DNA from: Antedon mediterranea
Lineage: Eukaryota > Animalia > Echinodermata
Reading direction: 5' to 3'
DNA: 64,000 nucleotides
NCBI RefSeq assembly: GCF_964355755.1
Contig: NC_092680.1
Coordinates: 682,001 to 746,000 of the forward strand
A program made the position numbers and the translations under genes. Shown here one piece after another: positions 63,501 to 64,000 of the stretch; the stretch's first letter is position 1, and each line of letters begins with the position of its first letter. The notes beneath the pieces are model-generated. The model was not told where the DNA came from and ran no database searches. It worked only from the letters and a program-made list of their open reading frames with translations.

Positions 63501-63982
63501 TTATGGTATAAAATACATATTTTGTGAATTTAACTGGAATTGTAGAAAATGAAAAAATATTCTATAGGCCTAATGATGTTGAATTTATTCTCTTTTATTT
63601 TCGTTTTTCTCGATTACTGGGTACTAGCAAAACTTGTCTAAAGCTAACTGGAGATTCCATCTTTGATTTTTAAATTACTTCAAAAAGAAGAATAATTTGA
63701 TGAAAATGTTTGTTATTCACGAATTGCACTCGTAGATGGATAATCTATCTGAAAGAATTCAAAATGCTTTGGTTTTTTAATTTAATTTTAATCTCAATCT
63801 TTGATCAAATCTCAAATATGGTAAAATGTTTTTGGCTGCTATTAATGTATCATTTCTCACTTTTCTAGTTGGACTTGCTAAAGTACAGAAAGTTAACGGT
63901 AGTGAATTGATAAGAGGTGAAATAAACCTTCCTGACAATAGTAACATGGAGTTTATTCTTCAAGTACAAACTAATGATGAAG
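36439..63982 (+). CDS. Adhesion GPCR gene 2, paralog of gene 1, 3'-incomplete, with one HYR exon disrupted by a transposon
   Basis: Exons 36439-36523 (signal peptide), 39154-39258 (EGF), 42107-42217 (Cys-rich), 42589-42711 (EGF), 43538-43765 (HYR-like A), 44041-44259 (HYR-like B), 44811-44872 plus 60400-60577 (split HYR), 61378-61614, 61894-62133, 62443-62682/62691 (HYR), and 63059-63105, 63403-63505, 63869-63982 (GAIN, similar to gene 1). Confidence 0.82.
36558..37224. mobile_element. Non-autonomous TIR element in intron 1 of gene 2
   Basis: TIR aagcctgttttcctgtcgacgttga...tcaacgtcgacaggaaaacaggctt, flanked by TA. Confidence 0.8.
39154..39258 (+). CDS. EGF-like domain exon
   Basis: NCMSMPCKNGGTCLTHGDMFSCTCATGFYGSFCN, six-Cys EGF spacing, phase 1-1. 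Confidence 0.9.
39325..40045. repeat. 28-bp G-rich minisatellite (about 25 copies)
   Basis: Unit gggtgaggttgggtgtgggattatggta, in the intron after the first EGF exon. Confidence 0.95.
40247..41732 (+). mobile_element. Helentron/Helitron2-like non-autonomous element nested in an L2/CR1 3' remnant (about 40075-42040)
   Basis: Subterminal IR aggttatatgcat/atgcatataacct, 3' hairpin aattcgtca-tag-tgacgaatt followed by ctagt, insertion in a T run. Flanks read TRAASRGDLLVPKVKLECF | FIYSASILYNLLPSVLKECTNINSFKFNLKKY. Confidence 0.72.
42107..42217 (+). CDS. Six-Cys module exon (TNFR-repeat-like)
   Basis: TCGSASCQDVSPCNGTQAQQCGECVPNTNQCQDLTY with gtatag acceptor and G|gtatga donor, phase 1-1. Domain identity is tentative. 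Confidence 0.6.
42589..42711 (+). CDS. EGF-like domain exon
   Basis: KCSSINYCVNGGTCEPNPTRGFDTCDCDTYYDGFYCQKSD, phase 1-1. Confidence 0.88.
43538..44259 (+). CDS. Divergent HYR-like A+B exon pair of gene 2 (43538-43765, 44041-44259)
   Basis: VFCPCD...IIGLSKLFC...GSCLLLIYGD and STHYNTCPQ...KWD...ATC...FQIKC...CDFSVGVK, homologous to the gene 1 A/B exons. Confidence 0.78.
45452..47780. repeat. 183-bp tandem array (about 13 copies) in the left subterminal region of the transposon
   Basis: aacgtcaaataaaagttgttaagccaacgtcagc recurs at 45452, 45635, 45818, 46001 and so on to 47648. Confidence 0.95.
49100..50560. repeat. Large imperfect inverted repeat
   Basis: About 49290-49635 matches 49812-50172 in reverse, and 49140-49228 matches 50428-50515 in reverse. 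Confidence 0.8.
51893..52163. repeat. Near-perfect hairpin with about 125-bp arms and a 22-bp loop
   Basis: 51893-52017 is the reverse complement of 52040-52163 with only a few mismatches. Confidence 0.92.
52326..52367 (+). ncRNA. Minimal hammerhead ribozyme in a solo Penelope-LTR-like fragment (to about 52480)
   Basis: gca CTGATGA agggctagtgttggcc GAAA gc TC tgc. The downstream tail attttttcagtaatttgcctttggatttata recurs at 13104-13133. Confidence 0.72.
55020..55215. repeat. 21-bp minisatellite (about 9 copies)
   Basis: Unit cgcaactcgcactttccgact. Confidence 0.9.
56072..57030 (+). pseudogene. EnSpm/CACTA-like transposase N-terminal part with nonsense codon and internal deletion
   Basis: Ser-rich N-terminus, then ELCRWAI...LLSILK...LPKDA*TL (TGA at 56768, probably from CGA)...YHHFGI...LQIFVDGLPLFKSSNVQFWPILG...PFIIGLYVG, after which homology stops. 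Confidence 0.85.
57031..58794 (+). pseudogene. 3' exons of a DUF4806-like transposon accessory gene
   Basis: Exons 57031-57090, 57458-57617, 57950-58072 and 58724-58794 splice in phase: LDDIQNIEESL...|ILRLCSLGG...NRIM..LLSNTLASEFNWMGRGDKKGFRGLKL|...IKSWLKYSKDRAGGRK|AAAA...DDDDELFI*. Confidence 0.78.
57283..57322 (+). ncRNA. Minimal hammerhead ribozyme, second copy of the 32806-33070 family
   Basis: ctc CTGAGGA agattaaagcacattgatc GAAA cg TC gag. Confidence 0.68.
59430..60384. repeat. Right subterminal repeats of the transposon
   Basis: Imperfect 120-170-bp units rich in AACGT/GACGT, including four copies of aacgcgttgggcccactaagggccga. Confidence 0.85.
60400..62691 (+). CDS. HYR array of gene 2: 3' half of the split exon, three intact exons and one half pseudo-exon (62258-62350)
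   Basis: Same HYR consensus and 237-240 nt phase 1-1 exon size as in gene 1. Confidence 0.88.
60945..61296 (-). mobile_element. 5S rRNA-derived SINE (SINE3-like)
   Basis: Minus strand 61296-61183 reads TACGGCTTTACCACGTTGAAACACCGGTTCTCGTCAGATCACCGAAGTTAAGCAATG...TTGGATGGGAGACC...GTGCTGTA (near full-length 5S), followed by a body of about 215 bp and an (AAAAT)n tail. A more decayed 5S piece lies at 57634-57712. Confidence 0.8.
63059..63982 (+). CDS. First three GAIN-region exons of gene 2
   Basis: CQDEEKELNCYTPTV / DPIVNDFKEFESQV...VFEEQDY / GLAKVQKVNGSELIRGEINL... align with gene 1 exons 24600, 25133 and 25753 with the same phases. Confidence 0.85.
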
Positions 63983-64000
63983 GTAACGAATTGCAAATCG

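Overview
AT-rich, intron-containing animal DNA. A marine invertebrate deuterostome such as an echinoderm is plausible from the domain and transposon content, but this is inference. The window holds two tandem, + strand paralogous adhesion-GPCR genes built largely from symmetric phase-1 exons. Gene 1 (361-31903, start lies upstream of the window) reads F-type lectin (link inferred), Pro/Thr stalk, divergent HYR-like domains, SRCR, 8 canonical HYR, short GAIN/GPS, 7TM and a short tail; its exons can be joined by hand in frame through to the stop codon. Gene 2 (ATG 36439, runs off the end) reads signal peptide, EGF, TNFR-like Cys module, EGF, divergent HYR-like domains, HYR array and GAIN. Its first canonical HYR exon is split by a 15.5-kb EnSpm/CACTA-type transposon (44873-60397). 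Introns and the intergenic region carry nested Penelope/LINE/SINE insertions, five minimal hammerhead ribozymes plus one mutated copy, Helentron-like elements, MITEs, a foldback element, a 5S-derived SINE and several satellites. The most interesting signals are: (1) swappable recognition heads on a shared HYR-GAIN-7TM chassis, (2) patchwork-shuffled HYR exons with pseudo-exon relics shared between the paralogs, (3) recurrent TA-to-TAGGCCTA/TAGCCTA insertions that look like transposon footprints and add Arg-Pro to coding sequence, and (4) a duplicated splice acceptor just before TM1. All exon models were read by eye and need transcript confirmation.
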